A stretch of DNA of 64,000 nt from Octopus sinensis (lineage: Eukaryota): assembly GCF_006345805.1 (NCBI RefSeq), contig NC_043016.1, forward strand, positions 16,802,001 to 16,866,000, in the 5' to 3' direction. The translations under genes were made by a program, and so were the position numbers. The number at the start of each line of letters is the position of its first letter. Position 1 is the stretch's first letter. Under the pieces are notes generated by a model. It was given only the letters and a program-made list of their open reading frames with translations. It did not search any database and was not told the origin of the DNA. Shown piece by piece: positions 21,720 through 51,269 of the stretch.

Positions 21720-23710
21720 TCATATCATCATCATTGTTTAACATTCCATGGCTTGGACGGTTTGACTGAGGGCTGGCAAGCCAGGAGGCCTCACCAAGCT
21801 CCAAACTGATCTGGCAGTGTTTCTACAGCTGGAAGCCCTTCCTAACACCAACCACTCCGAGAGAAGTGGGTGCTTTTTATGTGCTACTGACATGGGAGCC
21901 AATCAGGCAGCACTGGCATTGGCCACATTCAGATAGTGCTTTTTACGTACTACCAGCATAGGGGCCAGGTGGGGTGGGCGGCGGTAGGGGGCTGGCATCA
22001 ACCACGTTTGGATGGTGCTTTTTATGTGCCACCGACACAGGGAGGCACTGGCAATGACCCACTCATGTTCAGTGCTTATTGCGTGCCACCAGCACAAGAG
22101 CGTCAGGTGGTACTGGCATTGGACACAACTATTTCCATTTCATTTTCATTTTACTTGACTCAATAGGTCTCCTTGAGCATGGTGTGTCACCATACTTTTT
22201 AAATGGGTTGGTTTTGCGACACTGGTGTAGGCTACAGCTGTGGACTCACTTTATTTGCCGGGTCTTCTCAGTCACATCATATCTCCAGAGGTCTTGGTCT
22301 TTCAGCATTGCTTCTGTGAAGCCTAATCTTTGAAGGTCATGCTTCACCCCCTCATCCCATGTCTTCCTCTTCAACAGGTTCCTTCCAATGTTAGGGAGTG
22401 ACACTTCTTCACACAGCCCTCCTCATCCATATGCAGCACATGACCATACCAGAACAGTTGTCTTTCGATTTCACTTGCCTCAAAAGGTCTTCGCAAGCAG
22501 AGTTTAGTGTCCAAAGAAGGAAAGGGTACGCATAAGTGGGATGGTTACGCCCCTGGCACAGACCACGAGGTTATGGTTTCACTTGGCTTGCTGGGTCTTC
22601 TCAAGCACAGCATATTTCCAAAGGTCTCGGTCACTAGTCATTGCCTTGGTGAGGCCTAATGTTTGAAGGTCATGCTTCACCACCTCATCCCAGGTCTTCC
22701 TGGGTCTACCTCTTCCACAGGTTCCCTCAACCTCTAAGGTGTGGTACTTTTTCACACATCGATCCTCATCCATTCTTACCACGTGTCCACACCAGCGCAG
22801 TCGTCTTTCTTGCACACCACATCTGATGCTTCTTAGGTCCAACTTTTCTCTCAAGGTACTTACACCCTGTCGAGTATGAACACTGACGTTACACATCCAT
22901 CGGATCATACTGGCTTCATTCCTTGTGAGCTTACGCATGTCCTCAGCAGTCACGGCCCATGTTTCACTGTCATGTAGCATGGCTGTTCGTACACATGCGT
23001 CATACAGTCTACCTTTTACTCTGAGTGAGAGGCCCTTTGTCACCAGCAGAGGTAAGAGCTCTCTGAACTTTGCCAAAGCTATTCTTACTCTAGCAGTTAC
23101 ACTTTCAGCGCACCCACCCCCACTACTGACTTGGTCACCTAGGTAACAGAAGCTATCAACTATTTCTAGTTTTTCCCCCTGGAAAGTGACGGAAGTTGTT
23201 TTCTGCATATTTTCAGTGTTTATTGCTCCTGAGCATCTGCCACATACAAAAACTATTTTCCTAGTTAGCCTTCCTTTGACATTGCTGCACCTCTTATGTG
23301 TCCATAGCTTACACTTGGTGCATCTTATAGAGTTTCTACCTACGCCCTTTCTACAGATTGAGCAGGGCCATCTACCCGAAGGCGTTTGTGATTTGTCTAC
23401 CTTCCTACTTATTAGGACTTTGGTTTTAGCTAGGTTGACTCTAAGGCCCTTCGATTCTAATCCTTGCTTCTACACCTGAAACTTCTCCTCCAGGTCTGAT
23501 AGTGACTCAGCAATTAGAGCAAGGTCATCAGCATAGAGGAGCTCCCAGGGGCATCCTGTCTTGAATTCCTCCGTTATTGCCTGGAGGACTATGATAAATA
23601 GGAGGGGGCTGAGGACTGAGCCTTGGTGGACCCCAACCTCTACCCGGAATTCTTCACAGTACTCGTTGCCAACCCTCACCTTACTGACAGTGTCCCTGTA
23701 CATGGCTTGT
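21720..23710 (-). mobile_element. RTE-clade LINE copies (RT, C-terminus and 3' UTR, plus an adjacent degenerate tail)
   Basis: ORFs 22579-23208 and 23470-23703 (YADD, PHD-like insert, RLRWCGHV). A further 3' UTR fragment lies at 20190-20430. Confidence 0.9.
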
Positions 23711-23711
23711 T

Positions 23712-24660
23712 TCAGGACACTTCAACATCAAAGGAGATGTAGACAGGCTATGCTTCCCATTCAGGGATGGTGGTCATCGTCTCACATTGGTATTGATGTC
23801 ATATGAAGCACGGATTGTGACACTGAAACATCTGCAGCAGAAGGAGGAGACCAGTAACTATCTTACCGAAGTTTGTGACCAGTAAATGAAAAACATAATT
23901 AGCTAATTAATAAGAGGAGAGATATGAAATAAGAACTGATACAGATCTCTTGCCAAGTAGTATTGGTAAAATCTACTTATCAGAACAACAGAAGACAAAA
24001 ATGAACCAGTTCACAGAGAAAACAGTACATGGATACTTCAAAGGCTACATCCATGTAATCCAAGAACCAGAGATCCCCACCAAGTACCAACAACATAAAA
24101 AGCAGAAAACGTTGACAGACAAATGTAGGCAGCACAAGATCAAAACTGAAGACATCAACCACATTATTTGCAACTGTGAGAGAATATCTTCCCATGAGAC
24201 AATGGTGGCGAGAACAGCTTAGAACAGGCTTACAAAAAAGAATACCCAAAGATGAAGTTGATTATATTGAGACTGATGGGTCAAAAGAATATTAAAGAAA
24301 CTTAAAAATTAAAACAACCAGCCAAATATTGTTGTGTGGGAGCTCAAAGAAATATGTTCTATTGTGAAAATCAGCTGTCCCTTAAACATAAATGTGGTTA
24401 GAAAAATAGAGGAGAAAAAGGACATCTATGGACCATTGGTAAGGAGTTTGCAAATCTGGTACCCAAGATACACTTTCAGTTTCATGCTCATTATTATTAG
24501 AGCAACAGGATACATACCAACCAGTCTGGAGCAAAGTATGGCTGAACATGGAATCTTGGGGTGAGAATGCAAATCATTAATTCGTAAGCTACAAATGGTC
24601 ATGATAGTTGGGATTATAAAAATCTGTAAGACCTTAAGATTTAAAGGACAACAGTTAAAT
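23712..24660 (+). mobile_element. R4/Dong-type (RLE) non-LTR retrotransposon C-terminal relic
   Basis: KGDVDRLCFPFRDGGHRL, CR..EDINHIICNC..HETMVA (CCHC/RHD-like) and IVKISCPLNINVVRKIEEKKDIYGPL..IIIRATG (RLE-like). Confidence 0.7.
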
Positions 24661-25805
24661 CAACACACACACACACAAGCAACAACAATTATCAAATCAT
24701 TTTCTGACAGGAAGAAAACACCCAACATCAAAGGTGAAGGATATTAATTTAACAGTTCAAGGACAATAACTCTTGTAGAATATGACGTGTTACTTCCCTT
24801 TATGCTGTTAAATTCATTTGGTGCGGCACAATTTTGAATTGAAATCATTTTAAGTCAACTTTGTTTTTTGTCCTTCAGTTGACAATAAAATAAAGCAGCA
24901 GTGGTCGCTTCTCGTGTGTGTTTGTAAAAGAAGTTTAAAGAATTTCGTTAAAAAACAAAACAAAACTGTAATTAGAATATCAATATTTTGAATAAAATAA
25001 ATTTATTTTTGCATTATTTCAATTTTTTTCTTTTTAACATAGATGCATCAATATAAACAAAAGCATAAATTCATAATTAATATGAATAATTCAAAAAGAA
25101 AAACTAATTAAATTGTGTCCAAATAGTTGACATGATATCAGTAATTCTTTTTTTGTTTTGTTTTTTTAATTTTGTAGGTTTGATGGGTTGACAGGTTCCA
25201 ATGTGTCCAAGGACTGCATCATGTTCCAATGTCTGCTTTGGTATGATTTCTACAGCTGGATGCCCTTCCTACCACTTTACATCTTCCTTTCATGCTGGCA
25301 TGGGGTTGGATGGCTTGACAGGAGTTGGCAAATCAGAAGAATGGACTAAGCTCTGCTTTGTGCTTTGGGTAGGGTTTCTAAGGCCGGATACCTTTCCTAA
25401 TGCCAACCACTCTGCAAAGTGGACTGGGTGCTTTTCATGAGGCACCTGCACTATTGAAGTCACCATAAAGCTTGCAGAGCTTCAAGCCCTGGGAGGGAGT
25501 CAGCTTCATGCTAGGCAATGAAGGGACTGAACTATGAGAAGGGGGTTTGGTAGGGCAGGTCTTGTGAGGGATCTCTTAAGGCTACTCACACTTAGCAAGG
25601 GAAGGAGAGAGAAAGAGAACATGAAAAGTAGGAGCTGCAAGAGACAGATAATGGCAATGAGGTACCTAAGTGGTCCCACAAGGCACAAAGTGAATTGAAG
25701 AATTAGTTTGCAAGATTGTATGGAGGAGGAGAATGAGGCGATGGGGGTAGACTGCTCGAATGGATAGAGTTGAAGGGTGAACGAGCAAAGTTTTACAAGT
25801 TAGAG

Positions 25806-25843
<38 letters not shown>

Positions 25844-26350
25844 CGCGGGATAGAAAAGAGTAGGTGATATATTTGCTGGGGCAGAGGGTAGACAAGAAAA
25901 GGAGACAGCATGGGTTGTCTGTAGGCATCCAGCAAGAAAGAGAATTAGTTATCTTAAGATTTTCAAGCTTTGGTCTGGAATAATATCTTACAAAATGAAA
26001 CTCATATGTAATTGTTAAAAAAAGAAAAATATTAGTTTTTTTTTCTGTGAAACATAAACTGCATTAAAATTGCGGAATGAAAAAAAGACAATCTTAAATG
26101 TTATAAAACAAAACGAAAATAGTTAATTGAATTAAAAGTGAGAAATGTTGAAGGAATACAAGTTTAATAGCTCTGTGGTCCCTTTTTCAACCTTCAATTT
26201 TCTTTCATTTCTCATGTATGAAAAAAAGCAAAAAAAAGTGGGGTTTATGAAGTAAATATGAATGTTGTTATTATGTTATTATTCAAATGGGAAAAAAGCT
26301 TCATCTTAACATCTGTATATGGATGCAATATTACTTTGCTAGAATGATTT

Positions 26351-27060
26351 TCAATGAGTGGAATTATGCTTCAAGCATGCAATATAACCCCTCACTTTTT
26401 TACTTTTTCAGAGTTTTCAGAAAATTTTTGCATATTTTTGTTCTACACATGGGAATTCATACCATTATGAAAAAATCCTAACAAAAAAAGGGGTATTTAG
26501 CAGTTATTTTCAGCACACCTCGCAATTATCTCACACCATCCTTATTTGTTTGTCAGTATTGATATTTGTCAACATCTTTCTCTCCACAAACACATTTAAT
26601 TGTCTATTGTTGGAATTTAAGCCAAAAATTTGGACTGTCAGTATATCAAATTGATTTTCTAAAAAGAATTAAAAAAAAAAATTTCACCAAATTTTAAAAA
26701 GGTTTTTTTTTTCATAGTCATGTGAATTCCTATGTGTAGAATACAAATTTGCAAAAATTCTCTGAAAATACTAAAATCTAAAAAAAGTTATGAGGAGTTA
26801 TATAGCATGCTGAACCCTTTAGCATTTAAATTGGCCCAATCAAGCCCAAATGACCTGGCTGTTTTATGCTCAAGCTGACTGGTTCTGTCCTCTTACCCCT
26901 CCCCTACAATGTCATTCTAAAACTAAACAATCACATCCTTGAAATCTTGAAGTTACAAGATAATGCACAATAAATTCAAAACAACTTTTAAATGAATAAG
27001 CATTGCATTTGCTAGAGTAATCTGAATGCTAAAGGGTCAAAGCAGAATTCTGCCTTTCAA
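26351..27060. mobile_element. MITE family B with long imperfect TIRs
   Basis: Arms ..AAGCATGCAATATAACCCCTCA.. and ..TGAGGAGTTATATAGCATGC..AAGCAGAATTCTGCCTTTCAA. Second copy at 38548-39006. Confidence 0.72.
26815..27036. mobile_element. piggyBac-type MITE family C nested in MITE B
   Basis: CCCTTTAGCATT..AATGCTAAAGGG termini flanked by TGAA/TCAA (decayed TTAA). Other copies at 39047-39354 (TTAA/TTAG) and partial ones at 31555-31702 and about 48700. Confidence 0.78.
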
Positions 27061-27160
27061 CTTGTGTGTGTGTGTAGGTGTGTGTGTGTGTGTGTAATTT
27101 ACTTTTCCTTAAAGTAAGATCAGCAAAAATGTACTCTGTCCAGTGAGAGAAAAATATTGT

Positions 27161-27523
27161 TTGATGTACACAGTATTGTACATTAGAGATGTGGTCTAGG
27201 CAACTTGTAATAGATGCCTAGCATCTCCAAGCAATCCATAGGCTCTGAGCACATGGTCTATACAAATCAAGAGGATAGAATGAAAGAAATCATAAGAAAA
27301 AAACAAGAGGAAGGTGGATACAAAATATGGAAGGGCAAAAAAAGCAGAAAAAAGAACAAAAAAACAATTAGAGTTCTATCATCCTGATTTGTAACTGCAA
27401 GCCATGTACTCAGAGCCAGAGGATTGCTTGGAGACATTAGGTATGTATTAAAACCTGCCTAGATCACGTTTCTAATGTTTGAAACTTATAAGTGGCTCAT
27501 AACTTTCATACTGTGTACATTAA
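27161..27523. mobile_element. Hairpin MITE family A just downstream of the transgelin stop codon
   Basis: TTGATGTACACAGTAT..ATACTGTGTACATTAA ends with ~100-bp imperfect inverted arms. Same family as 42476-42702. Confidence 0.75.
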
Positions 27524-27589
27524 ATGATATATATGAAAAGAAGAAAAAAAATTTTTAAGTCACATTTAAGAAGGTAAGAAGAAATATCT

Positions 27590-43375
<15,786 letters not shown>

Positions 43376-43638
43376 TATGACCTAAGAAGTAGAGGAAAAG
43401 AAAACATTAGTACATCTCTGTAATTAGTTTATTTTGTTTTAGGGATTAGGAGAAACATAAAATTCTCATACTCTTTAAAGAATGATAAATAAAAGTACAT
43501 TTATGGATGTAGAGGCTTTTATGCTTCTCTCAAGGATATTTAACAGTGTAAGTCAACAAGAATAGTTTCAAACAAGAAATTAGGATTTGGTTACACAAAA
43601 TACTGCAGCTGCATGTTTTTAACAACACTCATGCATTA

Positions 43639-44150
43639 AGTAGGTTTGATCAAAAAGTAATTGGACTGTTGCCATGGTAATAGAGCTAAAGTATGCAGAG
43701 TAAAGCCACTTAGCACAAAACGACCTTGAACTCTGTCATGCATGCACCCTCAGTCACGATTCTCCCATTCACTTCTGTTGTTGGAAGTAAAGTGTGGCCA
43801 TCTCAAAAAGAGAATCAGGTTTCAGATGTACAGGATCTCCTTGATTGAATTAAAAAGTGTAACAGGAGACAATTCATGGGTCTATAGTTGTGACACTGAA
43901 ACTAAGGCTCGGTCTCTGCAGTGGAAGATCTCAACAAGATTTCAAGATGTTGAAGAAATCCAAGAGAATGTGAAAAGGCAGTTGCTTGCTATCATTCTCC
44001 ACTGGAATGATTCTGTTGATGGAAATGATGCTGGATAAAATATGTAGCTTCAGAAAAAGGTCATTTTGAAGGAGATTAGCTGCTGAATTGACATGTGTTG
44101 TAATTTTCTTTTTATAGAACCACTTCCTGATAAATTCTGATCAGGCCTCA
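43639..44150 (+). mobile_element. Internally deleted mariner relic
   Basis: TGDNSWVYSCDTETK..QWK and RFQDVEEIQENV motifs; imperfect TIRs GTAGGTTTGATCAAAAAGT / ATTCTGATCAGGCCTCA. Confidence 0.72.
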
Positions 44151-45882
44151 TCATCATCATTTAATGTCTGTTTGCCATGTTGGCGTGGATTGGATAGTTT
44201 GATAGGAGCTGGTCAGTCAAAGAGCTGTTCAGGCTCCAATTGTCTGTTTTGGCATGGTTTCTATGGCTGGATACTCTTCCTAATGCTAACCATTTCACAG
44301 TGTGGGCTGGGTGCTTCTTAAGTGGGAGTGGCATGGGTACTTTATACATGGAACCAACATGGATTTTTATAAGTGACACTGACACAGGAGTTTTATGCAT
44401 GACACCAACACAGGTGCCTCATATGTGGAAGTGGCACAGGAACTTTTTATATGACCCCGAATGGGAGCATTACTATGTGGCATCAGCACAGGGGTATCTT
44501 ATGTGGCACCAGCATGGGTGCATCTTATGTGGCACTAGTACAACTGACATGCTTGTATATATGGATGGCCATGATTTTACTTGATGTGTTTTCTCAAGCA
44601 CAGTAAATCACCAGAAGTTGTGCTCCCTTGTCATCTCAGTGATGATGCTTTCTCACCACTTCATCCCACATCTTTCGATTCCACCCCTTCCACATTTGGA
44701 GATCAGCATTTCTTCACACAGCTGTCCTCATCCATATACATCACATGACCAAAGTAGCACAGTCTTTCCTCTTGCACTCTACATCTGATGCATCTTATAC
44801 CCAACTTTTCTCTTAGGATTGTCTGTGTAATTCAGAGAGAACCAGCATCACAATTAACTTCATTTGTAATATAAGTTTTTTCACCAATATACATTACATC
44901 CTTTTTTTTTCTTTTTTTGTGTGACCAGGGTTCCAACCTGGGCTGTAGCAACAAAGTTCACCTGCCACCTTTCATCGTTATTACCTCAAGGAGTCCTGGA
45001 TACATTCCAGGCCAGTGTCTGCAATCAAATTGTCAATGTAAGTGCGATGACGTTTTCCTATTCTTACGTCGCCATGAAGTGTGTTCCAGCTTAGGGTGGC
45101 ACATGCAGTGACACGGTAGTCGTAGCTGTCTTTACCTGATCTTGTTGATAAATTTCAGCAGGTCTCCATAAAGTCATTCATTTGTCATATGTTGCTGTCA
45201 TTTCACATATAGAGTCATTCGTAGAATCCTTGTGTAGCATCAATTTAGCTCACTTGACAATTTTTTTGTCACTGCCATAGAATAGCTCTGATTCAACAGT
45301 TGTAATGAACAGTTAGATTTCAATTTGCCTGGGCAATTTGGAGTTCCAGACTTCCTTTAGCTTGTGACAGACTGTCCATGCTTCTGTCTTCCTGATCTTG
45401 ATGTCTGCTTTTTAAACTGCTCGCCCAACCACCTAAGTACTTGAAGTTCCAAGTACTACTATAAACAACAGAAGAGATTGAGAACATTTTAACTGTGTAT
45501 GTACAAAAGAGTTCAAGGTCAGTCTGTGCCAAGTTGCTTCACTCTGCATACTTTAGCTCCATTACAAAAGCAAAAGTCCCAATATTTTTTGAGCAGAACT
45601 TGTATTTCTTGTTATGCATTAATTTCTCTAGTGGAGCCTACTATCCACTAATTATTTTTTGTTTTTGTTTATGTATGAATGAATGTTTATTAATGTAGAG
45701 AGAAAATACAGTTGCATAGATTTTCTTGTCTCTTTTCCTAAGCTTGAATTCATTTGAATATATTACAAGTCCATTATTAATTTTTGTATTTTCATCGACC
45801 TTGGAGTAAGTCAAGGCACTAAGAAGTTTACTTCCCAACCACTTCTACCATAGCCTTGGGCCAACAGTTGTGTGTGTGTACA

Positions 45883-47650
45883 CAGTGGCATACCAAGAGG
45901 TGGGGGACAGTCTGCCCCAAGCGATACAATTTATTTGTATCAATATATGCAGTATAAATATTATAGACTTTAATAATGTATAGTAGCTATTAAAATTTCC
46001 TTAAAATTTAGTAAACTTGTATTGTTTGTTAATATTGTGTAATATACAGTATAATGTTGTTAATACAGTAATATTGTGGATAAGACAGTGTGTCAATGAT
46101 ATTCAGAAAGCTGGTTATTTTTTAAGCTGGTCTATACTCTCATATATTTATGATATCACTGATATAATCTGAGATGAAGTGAATTAAGGACAACAATGCA
46201 GCATTTTGAAAGAAAAAAAAAGGAAAAAGAAAAACGAGAGAAGAAAGGCAAAATGAAGGTGCCATAATTAAATTTCTCATCAGACCCGACCATCCAGACG
46301 AAACTGGTATTACAGTAGAAGGTCATGGAGATGATGCTGATCCACCACAAACTACCGAAGAACAAAACTCTTATATTAATTTGAAAGACATTGGGATGTG
46401 GTTTGCTTAGTTTAATCATGGTGACAGTATTCGGGAAATCCTTGTACAACAAGGATCGAAGGCTGTGCAAAATATTGACTGTGAATTCAAAGAAGTTGTA
46501 TGTCCAGGACTGGAGAGACTAGAAGATTGTCAAAAAAGTAGTTTTTTTCAAATTCTACAAAATGGGGGAAAAAATCTTGAGAACTTGGGTGATATACTCT
46601 TCATTGAAAGAAGCTGTGTTTTGTTTTGTTGTAAGCTATTTTCAAGTGGAAACTCAAAGTTCTGCTCAGTTGATGATTTCAAATCTCAGTGGAAGTTGAA
46701 TCTTAAGATAAAAAAAAATATGAATCTAGCCCTGCACATGAGAATGCATTTTACTCAGTGGAAAGAGTTAGAAATTTGCCTTTCCAAAGGCGATGTAACA
46801 GACAAAGAACAAACCTAAGTTGAAAATGAAACAAAGAAATGGAAGCAAATCTTGACTAGATTCTTGGATATAATTATGCTTCTTGATAAGCAAAACTTAG
46901 CTTTATGAGGCCATAGAGAAGATATTCTAGTTGAGAAGGCAACTGAAAGTGAAGGAAATTTTCTGGAGCTTGTTCAATTGACAAAATTCGACCCAGTGCT
47001 ACGTGAACATTTGGTGAAAGTAAAAATTGATAAGTTTGCAATTTCCTATCTCTCACCAAAAATTCAGAATGAATTTATGAACGCCCTGGGAGGATCAAGT
47101 GAGAAAGGAAGTTATTGATGAAGTGAAACAGAGTAAATACCATTGCATTATTTTTGATAGTACTCCAGACATTTCTCATATTGACCAAAATCCCCAGGTG
47201 CTACATTATGTTAAAATAGATGAAAAGGAAGTAAAAATAGAAGAATCCTTTCTTCGCTTTATTGAGATGAAAGGCAAAAATGCTGAGCAAATTACATCAA
47301 TGATTCTGAAACAATTAGAAATGGATGACATTAACATTCAAGAGTGTCGTGGACAAGCATTTGATAATGCGGCAGTAATGGCAGGTCATCGATCTGGTGT
47401 TCAAGCACGCATTACAGAAGTTAATCTAAAGATTGTATTTGTGTCATGTGTCAATCACTCTTTGAATTTAGCAGCTGTGCATGTAGCATCAATGGGTGCA
47501 GATTCAGCTACATTTTTGGGGACACTGGATCGTTTATTTTCATTCTTCTCAGCCTCAACTATCAAACGGGCAGGTGCAGTGAAAATTGTACATAGAAAAA
47601 TTCACGGAAATCATCACTGTGCTAGAACGGTTGATGGAAGATGCAAATAA
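45883..47650 (+). mobile_element. hAT (ZMYM/DUF4371-like) transposon relic, 3'-truncated
   Basis: CAGTGGCATACC terminus at 45883. ORF 47099-47650 contains IIFDSTPDISH, ESFLRF, CRGQAFDNAAVMAG and CVNHSLNL. Confidence 0.88.
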
Positions 47651-48738
47651 TGTATATATATATATAAAATCAAACAAAAAAATGGAACAAGAACATAACA
47701 AGCCACAACAAAACATTCAAACAGTTAGAGAGTACAAAAAAAGGACAGGGAAAAACAAGGACGGGTCATTTGGAGCTGTCAAACATCAGTCAAGAAGCAG
47801 ATTGCCTTTGCAGTTTCGGGCTGTTTCTCTCAAGATGCTCTCATCTGGCCAGCCCCAAGAAAATCTAAGCTAAGAGGACTAGATTCTTTAGAAGAAAGCA
47901 AGCGAATGTATATGAAAACAAGGATGAAAAAAAAAAAACGGAGAAATGGTACACAAATACAAAAAAACAAACAACAAGTGTCTTTTGACTAAGGACGACT
48001 TAAATTAAGCTGGCATGTGTGGAAGTGAAACTTTATGGCAGGGACATAGAAGATGAAAATCATGGGAAGGAATATGAGATGCTACACGGATGGTAGTCAA
48101 ACCAAGAAAGAAAGGTCAGAATACTGGTCATGTAGAAGGAGAGGAGAGAGGTAGTGGGCAGAGGGACTAAAGAATTAGGGAAGGACGAGAAAGAGAGAAA
48201 AAAAGGAAAGAGACAGAGTGAGGGAGGAGGGAAACATCATTATTTAATGTCTGTTGTCTATGCTGGCATGGGCTGGATGGTTTGACCAGGGCTAGTAAGC
48301 TGAGGGGCAGCGCACCAGACTCCAGTCTGATTTGGCAGAGTTTCTATGACTGGAAGCACTTCCTAACACCAAATATATATATATATATATATATATGGAC
48401 ACAGGTGTGGCTGTACAATAAGAAATTTCCTTCCCAATCACATGGTTCTACTGTTGGTATATTGGGCAAGTGTCCTCTACTATAGCCATGGATCACCCAA
48501 AGCTTTGCGACTGGATCTGGTAGACAGAAACTGGGAGGATGAGAGACAAACTTCCACCAGGATAGGACACCAGTCTAACACAGGTAATATTACCAGATGA
48601 TCTGGCACGACAAAGGTGGACTGTGACAATGGAGAATATAGTGTTGTGTACAGAAATGCAACAAAAGAGATGAGAGATAAACAAGAATTAAATTTGACAG
48701 AAAAGTTTGAATGCTAAAGGGTTACATAGTTATAGAGG

Positions 48739-50743
48739 ATCATCATCATCATCATCATTTAGCATCCGCTTTCCATGCTAGCATGGGTTGGACGGTTCAA
48801 CTGGGGTCTGTGAAGCCAGAAGGCTGTGCCAGGCCCAGTCTGATCTAGCAATATTTCTACGGCTGGATGCCCTTCCTAACACCAACCACTCCGTGAGTGT
48901 AGTGGGTGCTTTTTACGTGCCACCGGCACAGGAGCCAGGCTAGGCTGGCAACGGCCACAATTGGATGGTGCTTTTTTTATGTACCACCGGCACAGAGGCC
49001 CGTCGGGGCGGCACTGGCAATGGCCACGTTTGGATTGTTCGCTTACGTGCCACCAGCACTGGTATCACAGCTACAATTTCCATTGATGTTGATCAATTTC
49101 GATTTTGATTCTGATTCTCACTTGCCTCAACAGGTCTTCACAAGTAGAGTTTTGTGTCCCAAGAAGGAAAGGTATGCATAAATGGACTGGCTACATCCCA
49201 GGTAGAGGCCATGGGTTATGATCTCACTTGTCCTGCTGGGTCTTCTCACGCACAGCATACTTCCAAAGGTCTCGGTCACTAGTCATTTCCTCAGTGAGAC
49301 CTAAAGTTCGAAGGTTGTGCTTCACCACCTCGTCCCAGGTTTTCCTGGGTCTACCTCTTCCACAGGTTCCCTCAACTGCTAGGGTGCGGCCCATTTTCAC
49401 ACAACTATCTTCAGCCATTCTCGTCACATGACCATACCAACGCAAACGTCTCTCTTGCACACCACAACTGATGCTTCTTAGGTCCAACTTTCCTCTCAAA
49501 GTACTTACACTCTGTCGAGTATGAACACTGACATTATACATCCATCGGAGCATACTGGCTTCATTTCTTGCGAGCTTACGCATATCCTCAGCAGTCACGG
49601 CCCATGTTTCATAGCCATGTAGCCTGGCTGTTCGTACACATGCATCATACAGTCTGCCTTTTACTCTGAGCGAGAGGCCTTTTGTCACCAGCAGGGGTAA
49701 GAGCTCTCTGAACTTTGCCCAGGCTATTCTTACTCTAGCAGTTACACTTTCAGCACACCTGCCCCCGCTACTGACTTGGTCACCTAGGTAACGGAAGCTA
49801 TCAACTATTTCTAGTTTTTTCCCCTGGAAAGTGACGGAAGTTGGTCTCTGCACATTTTCAGTGTTTATTGCTCCTGAGCATCTGCCACATACAAAAACTA
49901 TCTTCCCCGTTAGCCTTCCTTTGATATTGCTGCACCTCTTATGTGTCCATAGCTTACACTTGGTGCATCTTATAGAGTTTCTACCTATGCCTTTTCTACA
50001 TATCGAGCAGGGCCATCTATCTGAAGGCGTTTGTGATTTGTCTACCTTCCTACTTATTAGGACTTTTGTTTTAGCTAGGTTGACTCTAAGGCCCTTCGAT
50101 TCTAATCCTTGCTTCCACACCTGAAACTTCTCCTCCAGTTCTGATAGTGACTCAGCAATTAGAGCAAGGTCATCAGCATAGAGGAGCTCCCAGGGGCATA
50201 CTGTCTTGAATTCCTCTGTTATTGCCTGGAGGACTATGATAAATAGGAGGGGACTGAGCCTTGGTGGACCCCTACCTCTACTCGGAATTCTTCACTGTAC
50301 TCGTTGCCAACCCTCACCTTACTAGCAGCGTCTCTGTACATGGCTTGCACAGCTCTCATTAACCATTCATCTATCCCTAGTTTCCTCGTTGACCACCAGA
50401 TAAGGGATTGGGGGACCCTGTCAAAGGCTTTCTCCATGTCAACAAAAGCCAGGTAAAGGAGCTTATCTTTGGCTAGGTATTTCTCCTGCAGCTGTCTTAC
50501 CAGAAATATGGCATCAGTGGTGCTTTTCCCTGGCACAAACCCAAACTGCATCTCATCTAAACTAACTCTCTCTAATTAGTTGGGCTATAACCCTCTCCGT
50601 AACCTTCATTATCTGATCCAACAGCTTGATACCTCAGTAATTATTTGTATCTAGGGTATCACCTTTACCTTTGTAACAGTTGACTATTATGCTGCTACAC
50701 CAGTCATTGGGAATGACTCCTTCATGTATCACCTGGTTAACTA
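48739..50743 (-). mobile_element. RTE-clade LINE, 5'-truncated
   Basis: ORFs 49224-50120 and 50234-50551 contain QFGFVPGKSTTDAIF, DMEKAFDRV, GVHQGS and the PHD-like insert; (TGA)n tail. Confidence 0.92.
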
Positions 50744-51269
50744 TACTATACTATACAAGGATGATTGTTAATAACCTGTGTTAGTATTTAATGTCCTGGG
50801 CATGACGTTAAACTGCACCCAGGGGTCCCTTGAGTAAGGAAAGCACCATATAAGTTCCCTATGTCATAGTTACAGTGAAGCTGTTGGCAGCTGTACTGTA
50901 AATGTGTTTACAGAAATTTCCCTCATATGGCTTTTATGGTCAATGACTGATGTGAATACAGTGTAGTTAAAGTGTATATATCAGAAGTTAACTGCCTAAT
51001 TAATTGATGTTGTGATTGAAAAAGGAGAATTCAGGACTCCACCTCTTTCAGATTTTTTTTTTGCTCACCCTCTATGGCATGAGAGCACAAGACAGACACA
51101 GGTGAAAGGCTGCATTGACTCAATTATTTGAGCCTTCTGTCTAGAGAAGAAGAGAATCATCCCCACCATCCTTTAACGTCCATTTTCCATGCTGGTATGG
51201 GCTGGACAGTTTAACTGGAGCTTGCAAGATGCACCAGATTCCACTGGATTACGGTTGGGTTTTTTTTGG

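Noticed and set aside
47800-47850. Hammerhead-like CAGATGA..GAAA on the minus strand
   Set aside because: Core is non-canonical, stem II is mismatched, and there is no NUH or stem I; at most a very decayed PLE tail.
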